Part shown: positions 45,237 to 56,249 of the stretch, piece by piece
How positions within the stretch are numbered: the stretch's first letter is position 1
How the letters are laid out: each line of letters starts with the position of its first letter
Assembly (NCBI GenBank): GCA_947463125.1
Contig: CANHQZ010000005.1
Span: forward strand, 2,575 to 66,574
Direction of reading: 5' to 3'
From: Flavobacteriales bacterium
GTDB lineage: Bacteria; Bacteroidota; Bacteroidia; NS11-12g; UBA955
DNA: 64,000 nt
Notes under the pieces: model-generated
Told to the model about the DNA's origin: nothing
Databases searched by the model: none
The model's input: only the letters and a program-made list of their open reading frames with translations
Program-made: the position numbers and the translations under genes

Positions 45237-46381
45237 AAAATGTCAGCGGCTTTTTTTAGGGTATCTTCATTTTTGGCAAAACAAAACCGCAACACACGGT
45301 TATCCGTTTTGTCGTGATAAAACACGCTTACCGGAACACCGGCTATTTTCTCCTCTTTTGTGAGCCTTACAGCGAAATCGTAATCCTGCTCTTTACTTAT
45401 TTTATCGTAACCCAGCAATTGAAAATAGGATCCTGAACAAGAATGAATTTTAAAGCGGGAGTCTTTGATCAGTTCCCGGAAACAATCGCGCTTCTGCTGG
45501 TAAAAAGCAGGCAGTGCAAGATAATGTTCTTCGTTGTCCAAAAAATCGGCAAACGCAAACTGCACAGGAGTGCTGGTGCTGAAGGCTACATATTGATAAA
45601 TCTTCCGAAACTCTGCTGTCATTTTTTCCGGAGCCAGCACATAACCCATCTTCCAGCCGGTATTATGATAGGTTTTTCCGAAAGAGGAAACGATAAAACT
45701 GCGCGACGCCAATCCCGGAAACATACATGCACTCTGGTGTTTCAGCCCGTCAAAAAGAATATGCTCATATACTTCATCGCTGATAACAACAATGTCTGTA
45801 TTTTCTGTCAGGCGCTCAAGCTGACGCATATCCTCCGCCGACATGACCGTTCCGCAAGGATTGTGCGGTGAGTTAATCATGATTGCGCGGGTACGAAAGT
45901 TGATCAGTTTTTTAATTTCCTGCCAGTCTATCTGATAATTCGGATATTTGAGTTTGCTGAAAACCGGCTTGCCTCCGTTAAGCGTAATCGCAGGAATGTA
46001 GCTGTCATATGCAGGCTCAATAATAATTACCTCATCGTTCTCCTTAACAACCGCGCTTATGGCACAGAACAGGGCGAGGGTAGCCCCACCCACCACTGTA
46101 ATTTCACTTTGCCAGTCGTATTCCGTTCCGTAGCATTTCAAGGTTTTTTCGGCAATCTTCTTTCTTAACTCCGGCACTCCCGGCATGGGCGCATATTGGT
46201 TTCTCCCCTGGCGCATATGATAGTCAACACGTTTAATCAATGCCTCAGGACAGTTAAAATCAGGAAAACCCTGTGCGAGGTTGACAGCCCCGTGTTCATT
46301 CGCCAGAGCCGACATTACAGAAAAAATGGTAGTGCCCGTTCCCGGCATTTTGGATGTGAGATTCAACGAAGTTTCCATCAC
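45224..46381 (-). CDS. Class I/II PLP-dependent aminotransferase (YbdL / glutamine transaminase K-like)
   Basis: 385 aa. Contains NLAQGFPDF, INSPHNPCG and SFGKTYHNTGWKMGY (PLP Lys). Overlaps the amidase gene by 13 nt. Confidence 0.88.
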   Translation of the reverse strand: MMETSLNLTSKMPGTGTTIFSVMSALANEHGAVNLAQGFPDFNCPEALIKRVDYHMRQGRNQYAPMPGVPELRKKIAEKTLKCYGTEYDWQSEITVVGGATLALFCAISAVVKENDEVIIIEPAYDSYIPAITLNGGKPVFSKLKYPNYQIDWQEIKKLINFRTRAIMINSPHNPCGTVMSAEDMRQLERLTENTDIVVISDEVYEHILFDGLKHQSACMFPGLASRSFIVSSFGKTYHNTGWKMGYVLAPEKMTAEFRKIYQYVAFSTSTPVQFAFADFLDNEEHYLALPAFYQQKRDCFRELIKDSRFKIHSCSGSYFQLLGYDKISKEQDYDFAVRLTKEEKIAGVPVSVFYHDKTDNRVLRFCFAKNEDTLKKAADILCRL

Positions 46382-46524
46382 TTCTGCGAAATAACAAGGA
46401 TTTGGGGTTTATACCACCAGTCCCGGTGTTTTTATACGTAAATCATGCCTAAAGCCGATTTAAATCATTTTATTTGTTCAAACAAATTTAATGTTGTACC
46501 TTCGCATTTCTAATTATTAACACA

Positions 46525-47076
46525 ATGACAGAACAAGCCAGCACCGCAAAAACAACATGGGCCATTGACAACAGTCACTCCCACATTCAGTTTAAAATCA
46601 AGCACCTGATGATATCAACCGTTACGGGGAGCTTCAATAAATTCAACGCAACCGTTGAAACACAAAACGAAGATTTTGGCAAAGCCTCCATTCAATTTAG
46701 CGCCGATGTTGCATCTATTCACACCGGCGATGCACAGCGCGACGGCCACTTGCTGAGTGCAGATTTCTTTGATGCCGAGAAATACCCAACAATTTCTTTC
46801 CGCAGCACCGGATTGGAAGAGGATGCATCTGGAAATTATCTGCTCAATGGCGATCTTGAAATTAAAGGTGAAATCAAACCCATTCAGCTGAAAGTATCAT
46901 TTGAAGGTATTGCCAAAGACCCATGGGGCAATACCAAAGCGGGTTTCAACCTGGAAGGAAGCATCAGCAGAAAAGACTGGGGCCTTACCTGGAACGCGCC
47001 ACTTGAAGCCGGTGGATTTCTGGTTTCTGACGAAGTAAAAATCAACTGTGAAGTACAGTTGATGAAGCAGTCTTAA
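46525..47076 (+). CDS. YceI family polyisoprenoid-binding protein
   Basis: Contains WAIDNSHSHIQFKIKHLMISTVTGSF...RDGHLLSADFFD. Confidence 0.9.
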   Translation: MTEQASTAKTTWAIDNSHSHIQFKIKHLMISTVTGSFNKFNATVETQNEDFGKASIQFSADVASIHTGDAQRDGHLLSADFFDAEKYPTISFRSTGLEEDASGNYLLNGDLEIKGEIKPIQLKVSFEGIAKDPWGNTKAGFNLEGSISRKDWGLTWNAPLEAGGFLVSDEVKINCEVQLMKQS

Positions 47077-47098
47077 GCGAAACATAGATCGTATTCAG

Positions 47099-47128
47099 GG
47101 CGGCATTGATTTCAATGCCGCCTTTTTT
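47099..47128 (+). terminator. Rho-independent terminator after the yceI-like gene
   Basis: 9-bp stem ggcggcatt/aatgccgcc followed by a T-run. Confidence 0.8.
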
Positions 47129-47163
47129 GTGTTTTTACCTGCAAAATCCCTTTTCTTTGCCAC

Positions 47164-47925
47164 ATGACTCCGCTGTCTGTGGTCATCATCACCAAAAACG
47201 AAGAGAAAAATATTGGAACCTGCATAGATGCTGTGCGGGAAATTGCCGATGAAATCCTAGTGCTGGATAGTTTCTCCACAGACAACACCGAACACATTTG
47301 CAGAGAGAAGGGAGTGCGCTTTGAACAACACGCATTTGACGGCCATATCCAGCAAAAAAACAGGGCCAAAGACCTGGCTGCTCAACCGTGGGTGTTAAGC
47401 CTGGATGCGGATGAAAAACCGGATGACACATTGCTGCACAATATCAAATCCCTGAAAGGGCAAAATTTTCCGGGGAATGTGCATGGATACAGTATGAATC
47501 GCCTCAATTTTTACTGCGGAAAACCTATCAAAACCTGTGGCTGGTACCCCGATACCAAATTGCGGCTTTGGAAAAAAGAAAGTGGTACCTGGACAGGAAC
47601 CAATCCCCACGACAGGTTTGAGTTAAACCCCGGATTGGCTTTGGCACATCTGGAGGGCGACATCCTCCACAACACCTACCCCGCCCACGCAGACATGGTA
47701 AGGCAGGCAGATAAATTTGCACATATTGCGGCAGCACAGTTTTCAATCAAACCGCTGCTTTGGCTTATTTTCAAAATGCTATTCAGCCCCATATTTAAAT
47801 TCACAAAAAACTATCTGGTTAATCAAGGCTTTTTAGACGGGAAAACCGGCTTTCAGATTTGCCGGTATCAGGCTATTGAGGTTTTTAACAAATATCGTTT
47901 GGCTATAGGATTAAAGTTTCGCTGA
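47164..47925 (+). CDS. Family 2 glycosyltransferase (WaaE/KdtX-like)
   Basis: Contains [14 protein letters not shown] and a later LDADE (DxD) motif. Confidence 0.8.
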   Translation: MTPLSVVIITKNEEKNIGTCIDAVREIADEILVLDSFSTDNTEHICREKGVRFEQHAFDGHIQQKNRAKDLAAQPWVLSLDADEKPDDTLLHNIKSLKGQNFPGNVHGYSMNRLNFYCGKPIKTCGWYPDTKLRLWKKESGTWTGTNPHDRFELNPGLALAHLEGDILHNTYPAHADMVRQADKFAHIAAAQFSIKPLLWLIFKMLFSPIFKFTKNYLVNQGFLDGKTGFQICRYQAIEVFNKYRLAIGLKFR

Positions 47926-47926
47926 T

Positions 47927-48529
47927 ATGCCCTTGATTTCCAACCACAGCGGACTTTTCCCCGAGGCCGGCACTGACGAAGCCGGAAGGGGCTGCCTTGC
48001 AGGTCCGGTAGTGGCGGCAGCCGTCATTCTGCCACCGGATTTTTACCATCCATTATTAAACGACAGCAAACAGGTTTCCAAAAAGCACCGCGATGAACTC
48101 CGTCCCATTATTGAAAATGCGGCTATATGCTGGCAAGTAGCGCTTTGTACACCGGAGGAAATTGATGAGATAAACATCCTTAACGCAAGTATAATGGCTA
48201 TGCACAGAGCTATTGAGGGGTTAACAGTTATACCCCAACATATCCTTGTGGATGGAAACCGTTTTAAACCCTTCGGAGATATCCCCCACACCACCATGGT
48301 TAAGGGCGATTCCAGGTTCGTTTCCATTGCCGCTGCCAGTATTCTGGCCAAAACCCACCGGGATGAAATGATGGAAAAGTTACACCATGATTTTCCGGAA
48401 TATGGCTGGGATAAAAATGCCGGATACCCTACCGAGAAACACCGCGAAGCCATATCCCGACTGGGTGCTACACCCCACCACCGCAAAACATTTACCCTGC
48501 TGAAATCCCAGATCAGCCTTTTTCCATAA
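47927..48529 (+). CDS. rnhB: Ribonuclease HII
   Basis: Contains [23 protein letters not shown] and ASILAK. Confidence 0.95.
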   Translation: MPLISNHSGLFPEAGTDEAGRGCLAGPVVAAAVILPPDFYHPLLNDSKQVSKKHRDELRPIIENAAICWQVALCTPEEIDEINILNASIMAMHRAIEGLTVIPQHILVDGNRFKPFGDIPHTTMVKGDSRFVSIAAASILAKTHRDEMMEKLHHDFPEYGWDKNAGYPTEKHREAISRLGATPHHRKTFTLLKSQISLFP

Positions 48530-48587
48530 ATTTACAAATCAAGTTAGGGCGCTCCGACCTAATTGCTGTAATTTCGCAGTATCGCTG

Positions 48588-50120
48588 ATGACTGATACCA
48601 TCCTCATACTTGACTTTGGCTCTCAATACACACAACTGATTGCCCGACGCATTCGCGAACTGAATGTATACTGTGAAATTCATCCTTTTAACCACTACCC
48701 ACAACCCGGTCCGCATATAAAAGGGATTATCCTTTCCGGCAGTCCCAGTTCGGTAAACGAAACCGATGCTCCCGATGTGGATCTTACTGCGCTTTTGAAC
48801 CATGCTCCTACCCTGGGGGTTTGCTATGGTGCTCAGCTGATGGCCAAGAAAATGGGCGGTGAAGTGGGAAAATCTGCCCACCGTGAATATGGACGGGCTA
48901 TGCTGATTCAAACCGGCGAGCCCAATCATCTGCTGGAAGGTTTACAATACGAAAGTCAGGTATGGATGAGCCACAGCGACAGTATTTTGAAGGTTCCCGA
49001 AGGCAGCACCATCATTGGAACTACTGCATCTATTCCTGTGGCGGCATTCAAACTTGGCGCTTACCCGCAGGCATACGGAATTCAGTTTCATCCGGAAGTA
49101 TACCACAGTACAGAAGGCTCTGCCCTACTGTCAAATTTCCTCTTTAACATCTGCAAATGCAGTGGCGACTGGACTCCGGGACATTTTATTGATGAAACGG
49201 TTCAAAAAATTCGGGAACAGGTCGGTTCTGATACAGTTATCCTTGGCCTAAGCGGCGGTGTAGACAGCTCTGTGGCTGCCTTGCTGCTGCATAAAGCCAT
49301 CGGTCCCAAACTGCACTGTATTTTCATCAACAATGGTCTGCTGAGAAAAAATGAATATGAAGAAGTACTGAAGGCTTATGAACAGCTGAATCTGAATATT
49401 CACGGTATTGATGCTTCGAAAAGATTTTACAGCGAACTGACCGGTGTTAGCGATCCTGAAACAAAGCGAAAAATCATTGGCAGGGTGTTTGTTGAGGTAT
49501 TTCAGGACGAATCTAAAAAGATACAGGATGCCAAGTGGCTTGCCCAGGGCACCATCTATCCGGATGTAATTGAAAGTGTAAGCGTGAAAGGACCCAGTGC
49601 CACCATAAAAAGTCACCATAACGTGGGCGGATTGCCCGAATCGCTTCATCTGGGCATTGTAGAACCTTTGCGTTCGCTTTTCAAGGATGAAGTTCGACGC
49701 GTAGGCAAGGCAATGAACCTGCCTTCGGAGATTTTAAACCGCCACCCCTTCCCCGGTCCTGGTCTGGGTATTCGTATTATCGGAGATATCACGGAAGATA
49801 AGGTAAAACTGCTACAGGAAGCCGATTACATTTACCTTGAAAAACTCAAAGAATATGGCTGGTACGAACAAATCTGGCAGGCCGGAACCATTCTGCTTCC
49901 TATTCAAAGTGTAGGAGTAATGGGTGACGAGCGAACCTATGAGCAGGTTGTGGCACTCAGGGCAGTTAGCAGCACAGATGGTATGACGGCCGACTGGGTG
50001 CACATTCCATATGAAGTACTGGCAGATATCAGCAATAGCATTATAAACCGCGTAAAAGGCATTAACAGGGTGGTTTATGATATCAGCTCCAAACCGCCCG
50101 CTACCATTGAATGGGAATGA
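48588..50120 (+). CDS. guaA: GMP synthase (glutamine-hydrolysing)
   Basis: GATase domain ([12 protein letters not shown]), ATP-PPase P-loop (LSGGVDSSV) and the C-terminal PPATIEWE. Confidence 0.97.
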   Translation: MTDTILILDFGSQYTQLIARRIRELNVYCEIHPFNHYPQPGPHIKGIILSGSPSSVNETDAPDVDLTALLNHAPTLGVCYGAQLMAKKMGGEVGKSAHREYGRAMLIQTGEPNHLLEGLQYESQVWMSHSDSILKVPEGSTIIGTTASIPVAAFKLGAYPQAYGIQFHPEVYHSTEGSALLSNFLFNICKCSGDWTPGHFIDETVQKIREQVGSDTVILGLSGGVDSSVAALLLHKAIGPKLHCIFINNGLLRKNEYEEVLKAYEQLNLNIHGIDASKRFYSELTGVSDPETKRKIIGRVFVEVFQDESKKIQDAKWLAQGTIYPDVIESVSVKGPSATIKSHHNVGGLPESLHLGIVEPLRSLFKDEVRRVGKAMNLPSEILNRHPFPGPGLGIRIIGDITEDKVKLLQEADYIYLEKLKEYGWYEQIWQAGTILLPIQSVGVMGDERTYEQVVALRAVSSTDGMTADWVHIPYEVLADISNSIINRVKGINRVVYDISSKPPATIEWE

Positions 50121-51214
50121 GAAAATGGCATTCATATATCCTTTTTTCAGGGCTGCTGTTGTTTGCGGCACAAAACATCTTTGCACAAAATCATCATAAA
50201 AAGACCTATAAAATAGCACTGGTTTTACCGTTCAAGTCAACCGGCAACCATAACGCTGTCGGCGAAGCCATGCTTGATTACTACCAGGGTTTTGCCATGG
50301 GAGCTAAAAAACTGGAGGAGGAAGGTTTTAAGGCAGAAATATCTGTTTTCGATAGCGAAAAGGACAGCTTTGCATTGGAAACCCTACTCCAAAGTGGCAC
50401 TTTAGACAATACCAGCCTTGTCGTAGGTCCTGTGTATCCTGATAAACTGGCTTCGGTGGAAAAATACTGCCATAATAAGGGAGTCACCGTGGTTTCGCCA
50501 CTCAAATACTGCAAGCCTGCTTTTCAGGAAAATGGCCTGATCAACTTTTTCACACCGGACAGCATACGTATTCGGGCTGCCTTTGAAAAAGCGATTAAAA
50601 TATTCCCCAAGCACCGATTCTACATTATCTCAGATGCCAGTGCTGATTCAAAAAAAGATGCCGCACGCATAAAAGCTGCGGCCAAGCAACTTGGCTTCAA
50701 TCAGATAAAGTTCGTCACTCTCAACAGCGGCAAGCTCTCAAGCCCAATCAACAGGGCAGACAGTTTTGTGATATTCAATACCATAGATAAAATTAGCATC
50801 AAGCCAGAACTGGAAAAACTCATTAAAAACAAAAAGCAAAGCTGGATTATTGCGCACCACGACTGGCATGGAACCTACAGAACCATTGTAAATAAAAATG
50901 AACCGCAAATTCTGTATCCTGAGGTAACCGTCAACACACCCGGAGACACAGCCTCTGTTGAATTTGAGGACTTATACTACGAAACCTACTTCAGCGACCC
51001 AAGCAAATATGCCTATATCGGTTATGACCAGGCTATGTTCCTGGGCTACAGCCTCATGGCTTTTGGAGATTCTTTTGTAAAAAGCACCCTGAATATGGAT
51101 TACAGGGGTTTTATCAACCACATTCACCTCAAAAAACACAACCAGGAGGTGGTCAACTTCGGATTGCATTTTATTCGTTTGTCTGACGGTATCCGGGAGG
51201 AAATAGAACCCTGA
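50111..51214 (+). CDS. Secreted protein with a type-1 periplasmic-binding-fold-like pattern (hypothetical)
   Basis: Signal peptide, and an alternating beta-alpha pattern starting YKIALVLPF. Weak assignment by eye. Confidence 0.35.
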   Translation: MGMRKWHSYILFSGLLLFAAQNIFAQNHHKKTYKIALVLPFKSTGNHNAVGEAMLDYYQGFAMGAKKLEEEGFKAEISVFDSEKDSFALETLLQSGTLDNTSLVVGPVYPDKLASVEKYCHNKGVTVVSPLKYCKPAFQENGLINFFTPDSIRIRAAFEKAIKIFPKHRFYIISDASADSKKDAARIKAAAKQLGFNQIKFVTLNSGKLSSPINRADSFVIFNTIDKISIKPELEKLIKNKKQSWIIAHHDWHGTYRTIVNKNEPQILYPEVTVNTPGDTASVEFEDLYYETYFSDPSKYAYIGYDQAMFLGYSLMAFGDSFVKSTLNMDYRGFINHIHLKKHNQEVVNFGLHFIRLSDGIREEIEP

Positions 51215-51231
51215 ATCCTCTAAAAAACAGA

Positions 51232-52377
51232 TTGCGCATTGCGGCAGAACTGATTGCCGGCTTTTCATTCAAACAGCCTTTCCATTTGTGGCTGCAGGAA
51301 ATATTCAGACAGCATAAACAATTTGGAAGCAAAGACCGAAAATTTTACCGTGAAGTTTTTTACGGCTACTGGAAACTCGGCAAGACAATCAGCCAACTGA
51401 CTGCAGAACAGCGCTTATTGCTGGGTTTGATTCGGTTGCAGCCGGAAAATGAGCAACTAACGGAACTGCTGCCTGTTATGTTTCCCAGCCACACGTCATC
51501 TTCCATTCCGGTAGATTTCAAACATTTATTGGGTGAAAACTGGAATCCATATAAACCGTTTTCAGCATTACTTTCAGATAAAATTAACCTAACAGACATC
51601 AATCTTTGGTTCGGTGGTAAGGCCCCGGTTTGGGTAAAAATCAACCCCCGAAACAGAGAAGAGATGATAACCTATCTTAATAGAAATGCTGCTGAATACG
51701 AGGAATATGGACCGCTTATTATAAAATGCGACAACGTAAACCTGGATGAAGCAATTCTTAGAGGTTGGTGCCGAATACAAGATATGAGCAGCCAGGAATC
51801 AATCACTGAAAGCATCTTGTTAGGCAGCGAGTTGATATGGGATACCTGCTGTGGTGCCGGCGGTAAATCCATGCTGGCTTCCGAGGCCAATCCGCATGCT
51901 ACACTTTACATTTCCGACACCCGATCCCAAATGGTGCACAATGCCTTAATGCGATTTTCGGCAGAAGGCAAACCCCGCCCCTTTTCCGGCACAGCTGATC
52001 TTTCACATCCTGTTCAAAAACTGATTTTTGACGATTCAATGGTCATTTCCAAACCGGTTTTTGATACACTCATCTGTGATGTGCCGTGCAGCGGTAGCGG
52101 AACCTGGCGACGAACCCCGGAAATGCTCCATGTATTTTCAGATTCAGAACTAAAGCTGTTTACTGAGAAACAGCGTAACATTGTTACAAACGCAGTAAAA
52201 TTCCTAAAGCAGGGCGGAAAGCTGATTTACTTAACCTGTTCCGTATTCTCGGCTGAAAATGAGGAGAATACGAAATATTTTCAGGAAGAAATAGGATTAA
52301 TTTTGGATTCTGAAAGTTACTGCGGGGGCAGTGAAAAAGATGCCGACTATATATACAGGGCTGTTTTCAGGAAATAA
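51232..52377 (+). CDS. RsmB/NOP2-family SAM-dependent RNA m5C methyltransferase
   Basis: Contains DTCCGAGGKS (SAM motif I), DVPCSGSGTWRRTPE (motif IV) and YLTCS (motif VI Cys). TTG start. Confidence 0.75.
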   Translation: MRIAAELIAGFSFKQPFHLWLQEIFRQHKQFGSKDRKFYREVFYGYWKLGKTISQLTAEQRLLLGLIRLQPENEQLTELLPVMFPSHTSSSIPVDFKHLLGENWNPYKPFSALLSDKINLTDINLWFGGKAPVWVKINPRNREEMITYLNRNAAEYEEYGPLIIKCDNVNLDEAILRGWCRIQDMSSQESITESILLGSELIWDTCCGAGGKSMLASEANPHATLYISDTRSQMVHNALMRFSAEGKPRPFSGTADLSHPVQKLIFDDSMVISKPVFDTLICDVPCSGSGTWRRTPEMLHVFSDSELKLFTEKQRNIVTNAVKFLKQGGKLIYLTCSVFSAENEENTKYFQEEIGLILDSESYCGGSEKDADYIYRAVFRK

Positions 52378-52378
52378 A

Positions 52379-53377
52379 TCAGGAAGGATCGTAGGCCCAT
52401 TTTATATAAATACTACCCCAGGTGAAGCCACCGCCAAAGGTGCTTAAAATCAGGTTGTCCCCCTTTTTGAATTTCTTTTCAAAATCATACATCAGCAAGG
52501 GAAGCGTTCCTGCCGTGGTATTGCCGTAGCGATCAATATTAACCAGGACTTTCTCCTTATCCAGTCCCATCCGTTCGGCTGTCGCATCTATGATGCGCAG
52601 GTTTGCCTGGTGGGCGATCAGCCAATCTACAGAATCTGCATTCAGGCCGTTTCTGTCCATAATATCATAGCTTACGTCTGCCATGTTGGTTACGGCAAAC
52701 TTAAATACTGTTTTCCCTTCCTGATAAACGTAGTGCTGGCGGTTAGTTACGGTTTCCATTGTGGGCGGACTCATGGATCCCCCTGCAGGCTGATACAGGA
52801 ACTCGCGACCACTGCCATCCATTTTAAGGATAGAATCACGCACGCCGTATCCGTCTGTATTGGGCTCCAGTAAAACACAACCGCCACCGTCACCAAAGAT
52901 GATGCAGGTATTTCTGTCTGTGTAATCAATGATGGAACTCATTTTATCAAAGCCGCAAACCAACACCTTCTTCGATCCGCTTTGAATAAATCGGCTACCG
53001 GTTTCCAGCGCATATAAAAATCCGGAGCAAGCTGCAGCGATATCAAAACCCCATGCATTTTTAGCACCTATTTTATCTGCTATGATATTGGCACAAGCCG
53101 GAAAAATATAATCACCGGTGATTGTACCTACCAAAATTACATCTATTTCCTCAGGAGAAATTCCTTTCTTCTCCAGCATTGGCAAAATGGCCCGTACAGC
53201 CATATCGCTGGTTGCCTTACCCGGCTCACGCAAAATATGGCGCTCTTTAATTCCGGTTCGGGTGGTAATCCACTCATCAGAAGTGTCTACCAGTTTTTCA
53301 AGATCTTTATTGGTTAAAACCGTTTCAGGAACATACCCGCCAACGGCTGTAATGGCTGCGGTTACTTTTTGCATCAC
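52379..53377 (-). CDS. fabH: 3-oxoacyl-ACP synthase III
   Basis: Contains AAACSGF (active-site Cys), HQAN and GNTTAGT. Confidence 0.95.
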   Translation of the reverse strand: MMQKVTAAITAVGGYVPETVLTNKDLEKLVDTSDEWITTRTGIKERHILREPGKATSDMAVRAILPMLEKKGISPEEIDVILVGTITGDYIFPACANIIADKIGAKNAWGFDIAAACSGFLYALETGSRFIQSGSKKVLVCGFDKMSSIIDYTDRNTCIIFGDGGGCVLLEPNTDGYGVRDSILKMDGSGREFLYQPAGGSMSPPTMETVTNRQHYVYQEGKTVFKFAVTNMADVSYDIMDRNGLNADSVDWLIAHQANLRIIDATAERMGLDKEKVLVNIDRYGNTTAGTLPLLMYDFEKKFKKGDNLILSTFGGGFTWGSIYIKWAYDPS

Positions 53378-54339
53378 GCGGTAGCTTGGGGATTAATGTG
53401 AGCAGCAACGGCATCTTTGATTTTCTGGATCATGCCACTGCTTACCTCTTCGGCAGCAAGCTCTATCATTTTAACGAATGTATCGGCTTTTGAAATACCG
53501 TGTCCTACAATTACAGGAGCATTTACACCCAGGATGGAGCTACCACCATAATGTTTGAAGTTGAATTTGTCCAAATACTCATCCTGCACGCCTCTTTTGG
53601 CCAAACGATAATACATGCCTTCACAAACTTTAATAATCACATTGCCTGTGAAACCATCGCAAACAATTACATCGCAGCCGTCTCCAAAAATATCTCTGCC
53701 TTCAACGTTGCCAATGAAATTTATACCACCGGTAGATTTGAGCAAAGAATGGGTTGCACGGGTAAAGATGCTTCCTTTTTCTTCCTCCTCGCCTATGTTC
53801 AGGAGACCAACCTTGGGACTATCCACCTTATTTACGGCACCGTAAAAAACGGATCCTAAAATAGCAAACTGCTGTAAATGTTCAGGTTTACAATCTGCGT
53901 TGGCACCCACATCAAGCAGTAAACCCGGATGATTATTAAGCCTTGGAACTACAGTCGTAAGACAAGGTCTGTCTATGCCGGGAATGGCTTTTACTGTCAT
54001 CAGGGAACCTACGAGCATTGCGCCCGTATTTCCGGCACTGAGGAATGCATCTATTTTGCCTTCGGCCAAATAACGAAAACCTACAGCAATGCTGGAGTCT
54101 TGTTTGGATGAAAAGGCCCTTACAGGATGCTCCCCCATCTCTATGAGCGTGGGGCAATCTACAATTTCAAAAGAAGATATATTAAGATTTTCCTGGGCGC
54201 AGACAGATTCTATGGCACTTTTTTCACCAAAAAGCACCACCTGATAATCGGAGTGAATACGTGCAGCATCGAAAGCCCCTTTTACGGCTTCCAATGGGGC
54301 GTAATCACCGCCCATCGCATCCACGCCAATCCTCATCAT
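53374..54339 (-). CDS. plsX: Phosphate acyltransferase PlsX
   Basis: Contains IGVDAMGGDYAP and a conserved position between rpmF and fabH. Confidence 0.95.
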   Translation of the reverse strand: MMRIGVDAMGGDYAPLEAVKGAFDAARIHSDYQVVLFGEKSAIESVCAQENLNISSFEIVDCPTLIEMGEHPVRAFSSKQDSSIAVGFRYLAEGKIDAFLSAGNTGAMLVGSLMTVKAIPGIDRPCLTTVVPRLNNHPGLLLDVGANADCKPEHLQQFAILGSVFYGAVNKVDSPKVGLLNIGEEEEKGSIFTRATHSLLKSTGGINFIGNVEGRDIFGDGCDVIVCDGFTGNVIIKVCEGMYYRLAKRGVQDEYLDKFNFKHYGGSSILGVNAPVIVGHGISKADTFVKMIELAAEEVSSGMIQKIKDAVAAHINPQATA

Positions 54340-54524
54340 TATGATTCGTTGCGGTCTTTCATGACCTTTTGGCCACGATACATGCCGGTTTCCAGGTTAA
54401 CACGATGGTATAGTGAAACATCACCTGTTACAGGGTCGGCAATCATAGGGCGCACTTCCAGTTTATCATGGGTGCGGCGTTTGTCCCTACGGGTTTTGGA
54501 TATTTTTCGCTTAGGATGTGCCAT
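54339..54524 (-). CDS. rpmF: 50S ribosomal protein L32
   Basis: MAHPKRKISKTRRDKRRTH, 61 aa. Confidence 0.95.
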   Translation of the reverse strand: MAHPKRKISKTRRDKRRTHDKLEVRPMIADPVTGDVSLYHRVNLETGMYRGQKVMKDRNES

Positions 54525-54533
54525 TGTATATTT

Positions 54534-55088
54534 TTATTTCTTTTTTAATAGTTCTTTTAGCTTGTCCCAGCGCGGATCGGATTGCTCTTCACTACTACCG
54601 GACAAATCGTTCAGCTTTGAAAGCATTTGAAGATTACAGGGCTTTGTTTCCATATCATCACAATTGCGAATCATGGGCAAAGACAATAATGTTGTTTCAT
54701 AACATTCCTGTGCGAGGTTAATCTTGTAATCCTGCTGTGTAAGCACCACCCAATCATCGTGTATCTTATCCTCACTGCCTATTTCAGGCAACATCTTGTA
54801 AAGTACATGGTGATCTGTTTCAACAGAAACGGAAAGCGGCACCAAACAACGGTCACAGCTCACATCCACCTTCCCTTTCAGCTGTAGGTTAAGGTTCATC
54901 AGGTTAACGGTTTTTTCCAGTAAAGCCTTTACCTCGATGTTTGATGCAAGCACATCCTCATTTTCAAATACCTCAAAGAACTTCTTTTCAAGTCTGAAAT
55001 TAAACTCGTGTACGCCGTCTTTCAGCTTAACGAATTCGATGTCAAATTCTTCCAGACCTAAAAATGCGTCTTTCAAAACGAACGGCAA
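54534..55088 (-). CDS. yceD: YceD/DUF177 family protein
   Basis: 184 aa, acidic, with CDRC...C motifs. Sits in the canonical position upstream of rpmF. Confidence 0.85.
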   Translation of the reverse strand: MPFVLKDAFLGLEEFDIEFVKLKDGVHEFNFRLEKKFFEVFENEDVLASNIEVKALLEKTVNLMNLNLQLKGKVDVSCDRCLVPLSVSVETDHHVLYKMLPEIGSEDKIHDDWVVLTQQDYKINLAQECYETTLLSLPMIRNCDDMETKPCNLQMLSKLNDLSGSSEEQSDPRWDKLKELLKKK

Positions 55089-55149
55089 AAATACAATATT
55101 TTATGGAATTTATCAACCTAAATATAAAATCTAAAGTCAATAAAACAAA

Positions 55150-55177
55150 AGTCCCGGCTGTAAAGAAGCCGGGACTC
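55150..55177 (-). terminator. Rho-independent terminator after gldN
   Basis: 9-bp stem agtcccggc/gccgggact, followed by ttttgtttt on the minus strand. Confidence 0.75.
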
Positions 55178-55195
55178 TGATTACTTTAATCTCAA

Positions 55196-56233
55196 TTAAA
55201 ACTCCCACAAATCATGCTCAAATATGAAGAGATCATTTTTGATATTTTCAGCTTCGAGCAGCGTTGCAAGACCATCCTGTTGAAACTCTGTTCTCATGTT
55301 AAGATAACGGTCGTCCCAATCGGTGGTTTTTACGATGTAACTGTCAAACAGGCGATAATGGTTAAACAAATCGTCCCAGCTGATTCTCATTACATCATTA
55401 TAGCGGTTGAAAACTTCAGACTTAGCCAAGGTAGGTCTCAAATCATCCATCTTAATCCAAAACAGCGGTAACTCATACGTTTGTCCATTCGGAAACTTTT
55501 CCTCATACATCGGAGCGATGGCTATAATCCTAGGACGCAGTTCTCCGTGCTTGTAGTCAAACAGCCAATCTTCCATGATTTCAAAGCGAACTATCTTGTC
55601 CCACTTGAAAATATCATAATAAGCGGTGTCAACCAAGTCTTCATTATCCTCAGGGTTGCGCCAGTTTTGAATCTGTGTTACAACCAGTTTTGAACCCTCC
55701 TTGTAACACTCCTCAGGTGTCTTTATACGGTTGAGCGAATCTGTGTGATACGCACGCACGAGACCTTTGGTAGCGGCTTCGTAAATAATCTGGGTTACCG
55801 GATTTTTAGGCCAGGTAAAAGAACGGTTCATTTTCTGACGGCAGTCAATCCTTCTCCAGATTCTACGGCGAAACTTAAGATCAGCTTCACGCAGAAAAGG
55901 ATAAGGAACTACCACAGCGTCATCTATTCCGGGACGTCCATCATTGGTAGTGAAGGGTGTTTCGCGGTGGAATGCGGGTGGATCATCATAATGTGTTCCT
56001 ATTGTAGGAACCGCCAAAGTTGGAGTAGATGAACCACTTGCAGCTGCTCCGGCACCTGCACCGGATGTACCACCGGCAGAACCGGTTGAAGAACTTCCTG
56101 AAGAAGAAGTACGGCCTGAGCCACCGCCGGAGCTGCTGGAGCCACCTGCATCGCCCCAACCCCAATCCTGACTGTAGCCGTTTAACGCTATCAGGCAAGT
56201 TGCTACGATTAACATTCCCTTTTTCATAACCAA
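55196..56233 (-). CDS. gldN: Gliding motility / T9SS periplasmic ring protein GldN (PorN)
   Basis: Last gene of the gldKLMN block. Contains LREADLKFRRRIWRRIDCRQKMN, a GldN-typical motif, plus an unusual Ser/Gly-rich N-terminal insert. Confidence 0.85.
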   Translation of the reverse strand: MVMKKGMLIVATCLIALNGYSQDWGWGDAGGSSSSGGGSGRTSSSGSSSTGSAGGTSGAGAGAAASGSSTPTLAVPTIGTHYDDPPAFHRETPFTTNDGRPGIDDAVVVPYPFLREADLKFRRRIWRRIDCRQKMNRSFTWPKNPVTQIIYEAATKGLVRAYHTDSLNRIKTPEECYKEGSKLVVTQIQNWRNPEDNEDLVDTAYYDIFKWDKIVRFEIMEDWLFDYKHGELRPRIIAIAPMYEEKFPNGQTYELPLFWIKMDDLRPTLAKSEVFNRYNDVMRISWDDLFNHYRLFDSYIVKTTDWDDRYLNMRTEFQQDGLATLLEAENIKNDLFIFEHDLWEF

Positions 56234-56249
56234 TTGTTTAAAAATTTAT

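Noticed and set aside
46470-46490. 7-bp inverted repeat ATTTGTT-ca-AACAAAT upstream of the yceI-like gene
   Set aside because: It could be an operator, but the arms are short and AT-rich. No regulator gene is adjacent, so there is not enough support to report it as a regulatory feature.
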